Assembly: GCA_024235415.1 (NCBI GenBank)
Contig: JACKML010000010.1
Span: forward strand, 5,210-69,209
Length of the DNA stretch: 64,000 nucleotides
Direction: 5' to 3'
Source of the DNA: Chromatiaceae bacterium
Lineage (GTDB): Bacteria; Pseudomonadota; Gammaproteobacteria; Chromatiales; Chromatiaceae
Position 1 is the stretch's first letter, and the number at the start of each line of letters is the position of its first letter. The position numbers and the translations under genes are program-made. The notes under the pieces are model-generated. The model was not told where the DNA came from. It saw only the letters and a program-made list of their open reading frames with translations, and did not search any database. Positions 35,705 through 45,306 of this stretch are shown here, piece after piece.

Positions 35705-36748
35705 ATGCAGTTTGCAACCGGTAGTTCCCCGCACCTGGCGGGCCCACAGAGCGTGACCCGGGTCATGGCACTGGTGCTGCTCGCGCTCGTTCCCGGGACC
35801 CTGGCAATGCTGTGGTACTTCGGCTGGGGCCTGTTGATCAACCTGGCGATCGCCGTCATCACCGCGGTGGTCGCCGAGGCGGCGATACTGCTTCTGCGCG
35901 GGCGGCCGGTCGCCGCCACGCTGATCGACCTGAGCGCCGTGGTCACCGCCTGGCTGCTGGCGCTGGCGCTGCCGCCACTTCTGCCATGGTGGCAGACCGT
36001 GCTCGGCACCACCTTCGCCATCGTGATCGCCAAGCAGCTGTTCGGCGGCATCGGCTTCAACCCGTTCAACCCGGCAATGGCCGGCTACGTGCTGCTGCTG
36101 GTCTCCTTCCCGGTGACCATGACACGCTGGCTGCCGCCCGAAGTGCTCAGCGGCAACCTGCCGTCGCTGGCCGACTCGCTGCACATGATCTTCAGCGGCA
36201 CGCCACCGGCCGGGCAGACCTGGGACGTGATCTCGGGCGCCACCCCACTCGACCAGATGCGTACCGAACTGTCACAGAACCGCATGATCAGTGAGATCCA
36301 CAAGAGCCCCTTGTGGGGCGATTTCGGTGGGCGTGGCTGGGAATGGGTCGGCAACTGGTTCCTGCTCGGCGGCCTGTTCATGATCTGGCGCCGCGTGATC
36401 AGCTGGCGCATCCCCGCAAGCATGCTCGGCGCGCTGTTGCTGGTCGCGGGCCTGTTCTGGGCGATCGACCCCGAGACGCACCCGTTTCCCGCCTTCCACC
36501 TGTTCAGTGGCGGCGCCATCCTCGGCGCGTTTTTCATCGCCACCGATCCGGTGTCCGCCAGCACCACGCCGCGCGGCCAGCTGATCTATGGCGCGCTGAT
36601 CGGCGTGCTGGTGTTCATCATCCGCACCTGGGGCGGCTACCCTGATGCAGTCGCGTTTTCGGTGCTCCTGCTCAACATGGCGGCGCCGACCATCGATTAC
36701 TACACCCAGCCGCGCATCTTCGGCCAGCGGAAGAGCAATGATGCGTAG
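35705..36748 (+). CDS. rsxD: Electron transport complex subunit RsxD/RnfD
   Basis: SSPH, KQLFGGIGFNPFNPAM, SGATPL (FMN-Thr), and FIATDPVS. Confidence 0.96.
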   Translation: MQFATGSSPHLAGPQSVTRVMALVLLALVPGTLAMLWYFGWGLLINLAIAVITAVVAEAAILLLRGRPVAATLIDLSAVVTAWLLALALPPLLPWWQTVLGTTFAIVIAKQLFGGIGFNPFNPAMAGYVLLLVSFPVTMTRWLPPEVLSGNLPSLADSLHMIFSGTPPAGQTWDVISGATPLDQMRTELSQNRMISEIHKSPLWGDFGGRGWEWVGNWFLLGGLFMIWRRVISWRIPASMLGALLLVAGLFWAIDPETHPFPAFHLFSGGAILGAFFIATDPVSASTTPRGQLIYGALIGVLVFIIRTWGGYPDAVAFSVLLLNMAAPTIDYYTQPRIFGQRKSNDA

Positions 36749-37382
36749 CCTTCCGATCCTGATGTCCGGCCTGTTGCTCGGCCTGTTCGGGGTGATCGGC
36801 GCCGGCCTTGTCGGCCTCAGCTACGAGGGCACTGCCGAGCGCATCGCGCGCAACGAGCGCGAGGCCCTGCTGCAACAGCTGCAGGTGATGGTGCCCGCAC
36901 AGCAGATCGACAACGACATGCTCAACGACGTGATCGACGTGTCGGCACCCGCCGAGCTGGGTGCACCGGAGACGCGCGTCTATCGCGCCCGGCACGGCGG
37001 CGTCCCGGTGGCAACGGTCTTCAGCCCGGTCGTCGCCCAGGGCTACAACGGGTCGATTCGGCTGATCGTTGCGATACGTTACGATGGCAGCCTCGCCGGG
37101 GTGCGCGTGCTGACCCATCACGAGACGCCGGGGCTGGGTGACAAGATCGAGATTGAACGCACCGACTGGATCCGCGGCTTCGACGGGAAATCGCTCTCGG
37201 ACCCGTCACCGTCGGGGTGGAAGGTGAAGCGCGACGGCGGCGTATTTGACCAGTTCACCGGCGCGACCATAACCCCACGCGCAATCGTCCGTGGCGTCAA
37301 GGCGAGCCTGGACTATTTCGCCGCGAACAAGACCCGGCTGTTCGAGACCGAACCGACCGTGACGGAGAAGAAGGATGGCTGA
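36738..37382 (+). CDS. rsxG: Electron transport complex subunit RsxG/RnfG
   Basis: [16 protein letters not shown], and [13 protein letters not shown]. Confidence 0.95.
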   Translation: MMRSLPILMSGLLLGLFGVIGAGLVGLSYEGTAERIARNEREALLQQLQVMVPAQQIDNDMLNDVIDVSAPAELGAPETRVYRARHGGVPVATVFSPVVAQGYNGSIRLIVAIRYDGSLAGVRVLTHHETPGLGDKIEIERTDWIRGFDGKSLSDPSPSGWKVKRDGGVFDQFTGATITPRAIVRGVKASLDYFAANKTRLFETEPTVTEKKDG

Positions 37383-38058
37383 TGGCTACCGCAAGATCGT
37401 CCTGGACGGCCTGTGGAACAACAACCAGGCGCTGGTCGCACTGCTCGGGCTGTGCCCGCTGCTGGCCGTGTCCAACACCCTGATCAACGGCCTCGGCCTC
37501 GGCCTCGCAACGACGCTGGTGCTGGCGATGTCGAACGTCACAGTATCGCTGATCCGCAACTGGGTGCGCCCGGAGATCCGGTTGCCGGTGTTCGTGCTGA
37601 TCATCGCGTCGTTCGTGACCACCGTCGAACTGGTGATGAACGCGCACTTCCACGGACTGTACAAGGTGCTGGGGATATTTATCCCGCTGATCGTGACCAA
37701 CTGCACGATCATCGGCCGCGCAGAGGCCTTCGCCTCACGTAATCCGGTGCCACACGCGCTGGTCGACGGCCTGTCGATCGGCGTCGGCTTCACCCTCGCC
37801 CTGGTGGTGCTCGGCGGCAGCCGCGAACTGATCGGCCAGGGCACGCTGTTCGACGGTGCACACCTGATGTTCGGCGACGCCGCGCGTGACTGGCGCTGGT
37901 CGATCGGCGACGACTATCCCGGCATCCTGCTGGCTGTCCTGCCACCCGGGGCGTTCATGGGCCTGGGCATGATGATCGCGTTGAAAAACATCATCGACAA
38001 ACGCCTCAACCGCCGCCAACCGGCACCCGTGACCAACGCACAGGCGGCGACCGCCTGA
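37375..38058 (+). CDS. rsxE: Electron transport complex subunit RsxE/RnfE
   Basis: [18 protein letters not shown], and LPPGAF. Confidence 0.95.
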   Translation: MADGYRKIVLDGLWNNNQALVALLGLCPLLAVSNTLINGLGLGLATTLVLAMSNVTVSLIRNWVRPEIRLPVFVLIIASFVTTVELVMNAHFHGLYKVLGIFIPLIVTNCTIIGRAEAFASRNPVPHALVDGLSIGVGFTLALVVLGGSRELIGQGTLFDGAHLMFGDAARDWRWSIGDDYPGILLAVLPPGAFMGLGMMIALKNIIDKRLNRRQPAPVTNAQAATA

Positions 38059-38090
38059 GCCGTCAATCGAGACCCATCAATCGAGAACCG

Positions 38091-40196
38091 TCAGCCGGCG
38101 TCTGCGGTCTGGTTGCACGCCACCCCGTAACGCTGGATCAACTCTTCGATGATGGCCGGATCGATCGGCTTGATAACGAATTCGTCCATGCCGGCACGCA
38201 GGCACTGCGCACGCGTCTCCTCGGCCGCATTCGCCGTGATAGCGATGATCGGCAGGTGCCTGCCCGCCTTTTCCTGTGCCCGGAAGGCACGCGTGAAATC
38301 GATACCGTCCAACACCGGCATGCGCAGGTCGATGAACGCCAGGTCGAATTCCTGCGAGCTGGCCGCCTGCAGCGCCGCGGCACCATCCCGTACCAGCGTA
38401 ACGTCACACCCGGTACGGCGTAGCAGACTGGCGATCAGCCTGGCATTCACAGTGTCGTCCTCGGCAACCAGCAGCCGTCCGGCCGTCACCGCCTCGGACG
38501 TGGCGGGCAGCGGCGGCGCTGCTTCCGCAATTTCCACCGCTTTGGTTTCTCCGGGGGCAATGATACCGGCCATCGCGGCCCACAGCTGTGCCGCATTGAC
38601 CGGCTTGAACGCACGCCGCGCGGCCGCATCCGAGATAATCGGGCTACGTCTGGGGTAGTGCATGTAGACGATCGGCGTACCTTTGCCCAACAGCCTGCGT
38701 ACCAGATTGCCGATGCGTTCCAGATCGAGACCGCGCGGCGCATCCACGACCAGCACGACCCGGCGACCATCACTGCCCGGTTGGCTCTCAAGTGCGCCGA
38801 GCTGATCGATATTGCTGACCACCTGGGCCTGCATACCGGCCGCTTCGCACACCTCGACGATCGCGGCGGCGCTCTCCTCGTTCTGTTCGAACACCAGTGC
38901 GTGCGCCCCGCGCAGCACGTTCGGCGGCAGCGGCGGGGCGAGCGCCTCCTCGATCAGCAGCGGCAGCTTGACCCAGAACACGCTGCCGTGACCCTCCTCA
39001 CTGCGCACACCGATGACTCCCCCCATCAAACGGGTCAGATCGCGCGCGATGGCGGTGCCGAGACCGGTACCCCCATAGCGCCGGGTCGACGAAGGATCCG
39101 CCTGCCAGAAGCTGTCGAATACCTTTTCGACGCGATCGGCGGGGATGCCTATGCCGGTATCGCGGATCAGGATCTCCAGATGCGACACCGCGATTTCCTC
39201 GTCGGCCGGCTGCACGCGCGCATGAACGCAGATATGCCCCTCCTCGGTGAACTTGGCCGCATTGCCGATCAGGTTGAACAGGATCTGCCGAAAGCGCAGC
39301 TCATCACCGAGGACCCGCTCCGGCACATCAGGGGCGACCCGGCAGATCAGCTCCACACCCTTGTCGAGTGCCTGGCTGCTCAATGCCCAGCAGGTCTCGT
39401 TCAGCGATTCACGAACGACAAAAGGTGCCGGCTTCAGCTCCAGTTTGCCGGCGTCGATCTTGGAGAGATCAAGGATGTCGCCGATCAGTGCCTGCAGGAC
39501 ATTGGCCGAGGCATTGATCGAATCCAGGTATTCGCGCTGCTCGTTATCCAGCTCGGTACGCTTGAGCAACCCGGCCATGCCGATAACACCGGACAACGGG
39601 GTACGCAGCTCATGGGTCATGTTGGCAAGGAAATCGCCGCGTGCCCTGTTCGCAGTCTCGGCCGCCTGCTTGGCCGTCTGCAGTTTGCGCAGCAAGGTGT
39701 ATTCGTAGGCAGGCAGGACCACCAGGACCAGCGCCACGAACAGCACTTCCAGGGTCTGCGTCTGCCAATGCCCCAACATCGCCGCGACCACGGTGTATGC
39801 AACCAGGCTGCAGACCGAGGCCAGCAACAGGTTGGTCCTGCCGTAACGCATCCCCTGCGACAGGAACGAGACGGCATAAAGCAGATAGAAAGGCCCGGTC
39901 GCGTTGCCAGTCAGATAGATGATCAGGGTGGTGCCACTGAGGTCGGCCAGGATGCTCATGTAGGTACGGGCCCGCCACAACTGTGGCCGCCGCACGGTGC
40001 TGTACAGGATCCCCGCGTACCACACCAGGTGCACCGCAAACAGCGCGAAGTACTGGTTCCAGGTGAATCCGTAGTCGCCGAACAGGTGAGCAGTCCCGAG
40101 AACCGCCACCATCAGCGCCCAGATCGACAGGCGGATCAGCGCCGACTGAAACTCCTGCGATTCGCGGATCTCCGCAGGGACGAGGTTGTAGAGCAT
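38091..40196 (-). CDS. Hybrid sensor histidine kinase/response regulator with RpfC-like membrane sensor (start uncertain)
   Basis: Multi-TM N-terminus (SQGMRYG), FLANMTHELRTPL H-box, N/G/F boxes, a degenerate receiver, then an intact C-terminal receiver (AEDD, DLRMP). No HPt domain. Confidence 0.9.
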   Translation of the reverse strand: MLYNLVPAEIRESQEFQSALIRLSIWALMVAVLGTAHLFGDYGFTWNQYFALFAVHLVWYAGILYSTVRRPQLWRARTYMSILADLSGTTLIIYLTGNATGPFYLLYAVSFLSQGMRYGRTNLLLASVCSLVAYTVVAAMLGHWQTQTLEVLFVALVLVVLPAYEYTLLRKLQTAKQAAETANRARGDFLANMTHELRTPLSGVIGMAGLLKRTELDNEQREYLDSINASANVLQALIGDILDLSKIDAGKLELKPAPFVVRESLNETCWALSSQALDKGVELICRVAPDVPERVLGDELRFRQILFNLIGNAAKFTEEGHICVHARVQPADEEIAVSHLEILIRDTGIGIPADRVEKVFDSFWQADPSSTRRYGGTGLGTAIARDLTRLMGGVIGVRSEEGHGSVFWVKLPLLIEEALAPPLPPNVLRGAHALVFEQNEESAAAIVEVCEAAGMQAQVVSNIDQLGALESQPGSDGRRVVLVVDAPRGLDLERIGNLVRRLLGKGTPIVYMHYPRRSPIISDAAARRAFKPVNAAQLWAAMAGIIAPGETKAVEIAEAAPPLPATSEAVTAGRLLVAEDDTVNARLIASLLRRTGCDVTLVRDGAAALQAASSQEFDLAFIDLRMPVLDGIDFTRAFRAQEKAGRHLPIIAITANAAEETRAQCLRAGMDEFVIKPIDPAIIEELIQRYGVACNQTADAG

Positions 40197-40337
40197 CAGG
40201 TCCACCACGCGCTTTGTGTGCACCGGGCGGTCAAGCCACCCTGGCGCTGTTGCTATCATTGGCGCGGATATTAGCAGTCCGCCGGCCGGCGCCGGTGACA
40301 CGCATCACACGCCAGTCCACGAGGGCGGATCGTTGAC

Positions 40338-40994
40338 ATGAACAAAGCCAGGCGGCAGGAGATCTTCGAACGGTTGCGCAACGCCAATCCGCAGCCGACC
40401 ACCGAACTGCACTATTCCTCAGCCTTCGAATTGCTGATCGCCGTCATCCTGTCGGCCCAGGCCACGGACAAAGGGGTCAACAAGGCGACAGCACGGTTGT
40501 TCCCTGTGGCACACACCGCGCAGTCCATCCACGCGCTGGGCGTCGATGGCTTGAAGTCGTATATCAGGACCATCGGCCTGTACAACAGCAAGGCGGAAAA
40601 CATCATCAAGACCTGCGCGATCCTGCAACGTGACCACGGCGGCGAGGTCCCTGCCGACCGCGCCGCACTGGAGGCACTGCCCGGGGTCGGGCGCAAGACG
40701 GCCAACGTGGTCCTCAACACCGCGTTTGGCCAGCCGACGATGGCCGTCGACACCCATATCTTCCGCGTGGCAAACCGCACCGGCATTGCACCGGGCAAGA
40801 CCGTGCTCGCGGTGGAAAAGCGCCTGATGCGGGTCGTGCCAAAGGAATTCCTGATCGACGCCCACCACTGGCTGATCCTGCATGGACGCTACACCTGCAT
40901 CGCCCGCAAGCCGCGCTGCGGCTCCTGCCTGATCGAGGATCTGTGCGAATACCGTGACAAGACAGCTCACGAAACCACGGGCGAGGAGAGATAG
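40338..40994 (+). CDS. nth: Endonuclease III
   Basis: LSAQATD, LPGVGRKTANVVL, and CIARKPRCGSCLIEDLC. Confidence 0.97.
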   Translation: MNKARRQEIFERLRNANPQPTTELHYSSAFELLIAVILSAQATDKGVNKATARLFPVAHTAQSIHALGVDGLKSYIRTIGLYNSKAENIIKTCAILQRDHGGEVPADRAALEALPGVGRKTANVVLNTAFGQPTMAVDTHIFRVANRTGIAPGKTVLAVEKRLMRVVPKEFLIDAHHWLILHGRYTCIARKPRCGSCLIEDLCEYRDKTAHETTGEER

Positions 40995-41105
40995 GCAGCA
41001 CAGTCTCCCGGGTTTATCCTCGACAATCCCGCACATTCGACGCTACAGATGGCGGTGCCAGGTATGGCACCATGCCTCATCGACCACGGACCCGCAGCAA
41101 GGCCT

Positions 41106-41528
41106 ATGTTCGGACACGACCGCGAGCAACTCCGGCGTTTTTTTCAGACCAGCTGGTCTCGGCGGCTTGCCGGCGAACCACTGCAACCACTGGAGCAACT
41201 GGTGGCGCAGGTAATCGAGCAGCATCCTGAATACCATGCCTATCTCACCGACCAGGACCAGTTACAGCGGGACTTCACACCCGAACACGGGCAAACCAAC
41301 CCGTGGCTGCACATGGGTATGCATATATCGCTGGGTGAGCAACTGGGTGCCGACCGTCCGGCCGGCATCCGTGACCTCTACACCCGGATAACCGCCCGTT
41401 TCGGCGACCACCATGCCGCCGAACACGCAATGATGGAGTGTCTCGGCGTGGCCCTGTGGGAGGCGCAACGCGCGCAACGGATGCCCGACGAACAGGCATA
41501 CCTCGAATGCCTGAAGAAGCTGCTGTGA
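41106..41528 (+). CDS. DUF1841 family protein
   Basis: QHPEYH, NPWLHMGMHISLGEQ, and HAAEHAMMECL. Confidence 0.88.
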   Translation: MFGHDREQLRRFFQTSWSRRLAGEPLQPLEQLVAQVIEQHPEYHAYLTDQDQLQRDFTPEHGQTNPWLHMGMHISLGEQLGADRPAGIRDLYTRITARFGDHHAAEHAMMECLGVALWEAQRAQRMPDEQAYLECLKKLL

Positions 41529-41714
41529 TGAAATATCCGCCGCCCTACCCCGGTCTATGCATCGAACCCTGGAGACGAAGCCGTCACCGGGACAAAAACG
41601 ACGAATCCTTGCTGCCATGACACAAAACCAATTGCGACCAGCGCATGGCGGCAATAACAGACTGGTGACCCGAAAACGGCCCAGTTCTTTTTTACTCTCG
41701 AGGAGAAACTGAAG

Positions 41715-42176
41715 ATGTCGAAGAAAAGTCTCAAGCCTGTCGTTGCCGCTATCGGTGCCGCGTTTGCCGGTTCGATGCTCCTGGCCGGGGCCGCCGGTGC
41801 CGCCGGCAATCCCTTCGGCCTGTCCGAGCTGAACGGCGGCTACGCGCAGATCGCCGACAACAAGATGGAAGGCAAGTGTGGCGGTTCCAAGGCCGCGATG
41901 CCTGAAGGCAAGTGCGGTGGAACCAAGGCCGCGATGCCCGAAGGCAAGTGCGGCGGCTCCAAGGCCGCGATGCCCGAAGGCAAGTGCGGTGGAACCAAGG
42001 CCGCGATGCCCGAAGGCAAGTGCGGCGGCTCCAAGGCCGCGATGCCCGAAGGCAAGTGCGGTGCCGGCAAGTGCGGTGGAACCAAGGCCGCGATGCCTGA
42101 AGGCAAGTGCGGTGGTTCCAAGGCCGCGATGCCCGAAGGCAAGTGCGGTGCCGGCAAGTGCGGTGCAGCCAAGTAA
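41715..42176 (+). CDS. EGKCG-repeat RiPP precursor (HvfA/bufferin-like) with Sec signal peptide
   Basis: MSKKSLKP...AGA signal and NPF...GY linker, then 8 EGKCG and 2 AGKCG. Lies upstream of DUF692. Confidence 0.9.
   Translation: MSKKSLKPVVAAIGAAFAGSMLLAGAAGAAGNPFGLSELNGGYAQIADNKMEGKCGGSKAAMPEGKCGGTKAAMPEGKCGGSKAAMPEGKCGGTKAAMPEGKCGGSKAAMPEGKCGAGKCGGTKAAMPEGKCGGSKAAMPEGKCGAGKCGAAK
41868..42164 (+). repeat. 36-nt coding tandem repeat encoding EGKCGG(S/T)KAAMP
   Basis: Unit GAAGGCAAGTGCGG(T/C)GGN(T/A)CCAAGGCCGCGATGCC(C/T). Ser and Thr units alternate, with two 15-nt AGKCG inserts. Confidence 0.95.
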
Positions 42177-42199
42177 GCCTCTGATCGCTTGATGAAGGA

Positions 42200-42223
42200 C
42201 CGGCGGGCCACTTGGCCCGCCGG
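42200..42223 (+). terminator. Stem-loop (partial terminator or stabiliser) after the precursor gene
   Basis: CCGGCGGGCC-ACTT-GGCCCGCCGG followed by CCCTTTC. Confidence 0.6.
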
Positions 42224-42269
42224 CCCTTTCAAGGGACCAGACCCGCCATCGACCAGACGGAGTCAGCCG

Positions 42270-43142
42270 ATGAAAGCAGCGACGCGGACGCACCCTCGCC
42301 ATAACTACCCGGTACAGGGTGTGGGGCTTGGGTTGCGCAACGCCCTGATCGACCAGCTGCAGGCCGATCCCCCCAGCCAGGTGGACTTCTTCGAGGTCGC
42401 ACCGGAAAACTGGATCAGGGTCGGCGGTGCGCGTGCCAAGGCAATGCGCCGGCTGACCGAACGCTACCCATTGGTGTGTCACGGCCTGTCACTGTCGATC
42501 GGCGGACCGGCCCCGCTCGATGATGAATTCCTGCTCGAACTCAAGGCGTTTCTCGACACCCATCAGGCACGCGTCTACACCGAACACCTGTCCTATTGCG
42601 GCGACAGCGGACAGCTATACGACCTGATGCCGATCCCGTTCACCGCCGAGGCGGTGCACTATGTCGCCGCGCGCATCCGCCACGTCCAGGACGTACTCGA
42701 ACGCCGCATCGGCATGGAAAACGTCTCGACCTATGCCGCCCCCGCGGGCGAGATGAGCGAACTCGAATTCCTCGATGCCGTGGTCAACGAGGCCGACTGC
42801 GGCTTCCACCTCGACATCAACAACATCTTCGTGAACAGCATCAATCACGGCTTCGATGCGCACGACTACCTGGCGCGCATCCCGGCCGACCGCATCCTGT
42901 ATGCGCATATCGCCGGTCACTATCGCGAGGAGGACGACCTGCGTGTCGACACCCACGGTGAAGACGTGCTGCCCGAGGTCTGGGACCTGCTGGACGCGGC
43001 CTATGCGCAATACGGCGTGTTCCCGACGCTGCTCGAGCGTGACTTCAACATCCCGCCGTTGAGCGAATTGCTCGTCGAGGTCGACCGGATTGCGCAATAT
43101 CAGGCGCGGTGGCAGGAGGACAGTGGTGCAAACGTCGCCTGA
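42270..43142 (+). CDS. DUF692 multinuclear non-heme iron oxidative enzyme (MNIO; HvfB/BufB-like)
   Basis: GVGLGLR, FFEVAPENW, HGLSLSIGG, EHLSYC, ENVS, DINN, HIAGH, DTHG, and LLERDFN. Confidence 0.95.
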   Translation: MKAATRTHPRHNYPVQGVGLGLRNALIDQLQADPPSQVDFFEVAPENWIRVGGARAKAMRRLTERYPLVCHGLSLSIGGPAPLDDEFLLELKAFLDTHQARVYTEHLSYCGDSGQLYDLMPIPFTAEAVHYVAARIRHVQDVLERRIGMENVSTYAAPAGEMSELEFLDAVVNEADCGFHLDINNIFVNSINHGFDAHDYLARIPADRILYAHIAGHYREEDDLRVDTHGEDVLPEVWDLLDAAYAQYGVFPTLLERDFNIPPLSELLVEVDRIAQYQARWQEDSGANVA

Positions 43143-43899
43143 ACCATCACAGCCGCATTTTCAGCGGCAACAGCTCGCGTTCACCGCGCACATCCGCGAT
43201 CCGCAGTCCAACCCGCTGCCCGAGGGTATTCCGGCGCGCCGCATGGAGATCTATACCGAGATCTTCTTCAACGGTATCAACGACCTGATATCAGCCAATT
43301 TCCCGTTGTTGCACGAAATCACCGCCGAAACGCACTGGCAGGCAATGGTGCGCGATTTCATGGTCCGGCACCGCAGTGAGACACCGCTGTTCACCGAGGT
43401 CGGCCTGGAGTTCATCGACTTTCTGCAAAATGAGCGCACGGCACAGCCGCACGACTGGCCTTTTATGCTGGAGCTGGCGCACTACGAGTACGTCGAACTC
43501 GCGGTGGCCATCAGCGACGCCGAAGCCGACGGGTTCGACCCCAACGGCAACCTGGTCGACGACTGTCCGGTTGTGGCTCCGACGGCCTGGAATCTCACCT
43601 ACCGATGGCCGGTGCACCGCATCGGCCCGGCGTTTCTACCCACCCAGGCACCCACAGAGCCGACCCACCTGGTGGTCTACCGCGACCGCCAGGATGAGGT
43701 GCATTTCCTCGAGATCAACGCCGTCACACAGCGGCTGCTGGACCTGCTGAAAGAAAACCCGCAGCTCACGGGTCTGGATGTACTCAATACCATCGCTGCA
43801 GAACTCGCCCACCAGGACCCGGCACAGCTTGTCGGGGCCGGACGCGAGCTGCTCGATGAGCTGCACCGGCGCAATGTCATCCTCGGCACACGGGTCTGA
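43126..43899 (+). CDS. DUF2063 MNIO partner protein (HvfC/BufC-like)
   Basis: QLAFTAHIRDP, RRMEIY, ELAHYEYVEL, and YRWPVHRI. Confidence 0.9.
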   Translation: MQTSPEPSQPHFQRQQLAFTAHIRDPQSNPLPEGIPARRMEIYTEIFFNGINDLISANFPLLHEITAETHWQAMVRDFMVRHRSETPLFTEVGLEFIDFLQNERTAQPHDWPFMLELAHYEYVELAVAISDAEADGFDPNGNLVDDCPVVAPTAWNLTYRWPVHRIGPAFLPTQAPTEPTHLVVYRDRQDEVHFLEINAVTQRLLDLLKENPQLTGLDVLNTIAAELAHQDPAQLVGAGRELLDELHRRNVILGTRV

Positions 43900-43955
43900 A
43901 CCACCCGGCGCCGGATGCGGCGCCCACGACACCAGGAACCGCCAGGGGACACACA

Positions 43956-44522
43956 ATGATTGGACTGCTCAACCGTCTGCAAGACCTGCTCGACAGCCTG
44001 CGTGGGCTCGATTTCCTCGCACCGCTGGCGATGCGCCTGTACCTGGTACCGGTATTCTGGATGGCCGGCACGAAAAAGCTCGCCGACATCGACAGTACGA
44101 TCGCCTGGTTCGGCAACCCCGACTGGGGTCTGGGCCTTCCGATGCCTGAACTGATGGCCTGGGCCGCGGCACTGACCGAGGCGGGCGGCGCGATCCTGCT
44201 GCTGATCGGTCTGGCAACGCGCTGGATCTCGATACCACTGCTGGTCACCATGGTGGTCGCTGCAGTGACCGTGCACTGGGACAAGGGCTGGGCGGCCATT
44301 GCCGAGACGCCCGAATCCGCAGAGCGCCTGACCGCGGCAAACTCCCTGCTGCAGCAACACGGCAACTACGACTGGCTGACTGCGAACGGCGAATTCGTGA
44401 TCCTCAACAACGGCATCGAGTTCGCCGCGACCTACTTCATCATGCTGCTGGCGCTGTTCTTCATCGGTGGTGGCAGGTACCTGAGCGTCGACTATTGGAT
44501 CGCCCGGCGTTTTCGTGACTGA
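43956..44522 (+). CDS. DoxX family membrane protein (HvfX-like)
   Basis: RLYLVPVFWMAG, WFGNPDWGLGLP, and VILNNGIEFAATY. Confidence 0.9.
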   Translation: MIGLLNRLQDLLDSLRGLDFLAPLAMRLYLVPVFWMAGTKKLADIDSTIAWFGNPDWGLGLPMPELMAWAAALTEAGGAILLLIGLATRWISIPLLVTMVVAAVTVHWDKGWAAIAETPESAERLTAANSLLQQHGNYDWLTANGEFVILNNGIEFAATYFIMLLALFFIGGGRYLSVDYWIARRFRD

Positions 44523-44579
44523 ACACGCGGCTCGGCCGGACCGCCCCGGCCGAGGGCGCTCACGGGAGTCCGCCGCTGT

Positions 44580-44906
44580 TTAGCAACGCCCCTTCTTGGC
44601 CTGCCCCGGCGGACAGAAATGATCGCTTCGCTGGGAGTCCCGATAGTCATGATGCGTTTCGCTTTCGCGATGTCGCGATTCCACTTCGCGGCTGCTGTTT
44701 TTGGTCGTCACCGCAGCGCCCACTCCGCCGCCGATGGCACCACCGACAATGGCGCCTTCACGCCCGCCAAGCTCGTTTCCGATCGCCGCGCCCGCGGCAC
44801 CGCCGAGGCCACCACCGATCGCCGCATCCAGTGTGGAGCTGTCGGCCAGCGTGAACGACGAGGCCAGCATCAGCCCCGCAAAAACAGAAAGGGTCTTCAT
44901 CGTCAT
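44580..44906 (-). CDS. Glycine-zipper exported protein with C-terminal CPPGQAKKGRC motif
   Basis: Signal peptide, GGGLGGAAGAAIG...GAIVGGAIGGGVGAA, and HFCPPGQAKKGRC. Confidence 0.8.
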   Translation of the reverse strand: MTMKTLSVFAGLMLASSFTLADSSTLDAAIGGGLGGAAGAAIGNELGGREGAIVGGAIGGGVGAAVTTKNSSREVESRHRESETHHDYRDSQRSDHFCPPGQAKKGRC

Positions 44907-45096
44907 CGCCCTCGAGCGTGGATTTGTGTCAATGCAGCTCAGTATCGGCGCGCGGGCGCAGGGCTGGAGTGATGGCGGTCACAGTGTCGCGGACTGCCAC
45001 GCCGCGCACGACACCGGCAACCGGCATTCCCGAACCCGTATGGCGGGCAAAACAAACCCCGCCGCAGCGGGGTGCACGGTAGCGTTTGGGAACGAC

Positions 45097-45306
45097 CTAC
45101 GCCACTCTGGCGCACTGTCTGCGGCGCCGGTAGCCGAGCCCGGCCAGCCCGAACATCAGCAACGCGGTGGTCGCCGGTTCCGGTACATGCCACACGCCAT
45201 CGGTTCCCGCGTCGTTTGGCATCTGCGAGGCGAACGACTGGATGGTCCAGTTGCCGTTGGCGAACGACGTGAAAGTGAACCTGAACAGATCACTGTCGGC
45301 GACCAC
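45097..45306 (-). pseudogene. PEP-CTERM protein C-terminal remnant
   Basis: VPEPATTALLMFGLAGLGYRRRR sorting signal. In-frame TGA about 5 codons upstream of the GTG and no signal peptide. Confidence 0.7.

Noticed and set aside
38063-38086. 10-bp direct repeat TCAATCGAGA at the rsxE/kinase junction
   Set aside because: Both copies lie on the same side of the kinase gene, so this is not a target-site duplication. Likely local slippage.
38658-40274. Long antisense ORFs (538 aa here; also 1738-2823, 13333-14391, 19142-20299, 34413-35669, 49209-50252, 54635-55696)
   Set aside because: Shadow frames of well-supported genes, expected from high-GC codon bias.
41580-41610. Possible SigF/ECF promoter for the RiPP precursor (GTCACC...CGAA)
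   Set aside because: The spacer is 13 nt, shorter than expected, and no ECF sigma gene is nearby.
41868-42164. 36-nt periodic repeat that looks like a CRISPR array
   Set aside because: No unique spacers, it is an in-frame coding repeat of the RiPP precursor, and there are no cas genes in the window.
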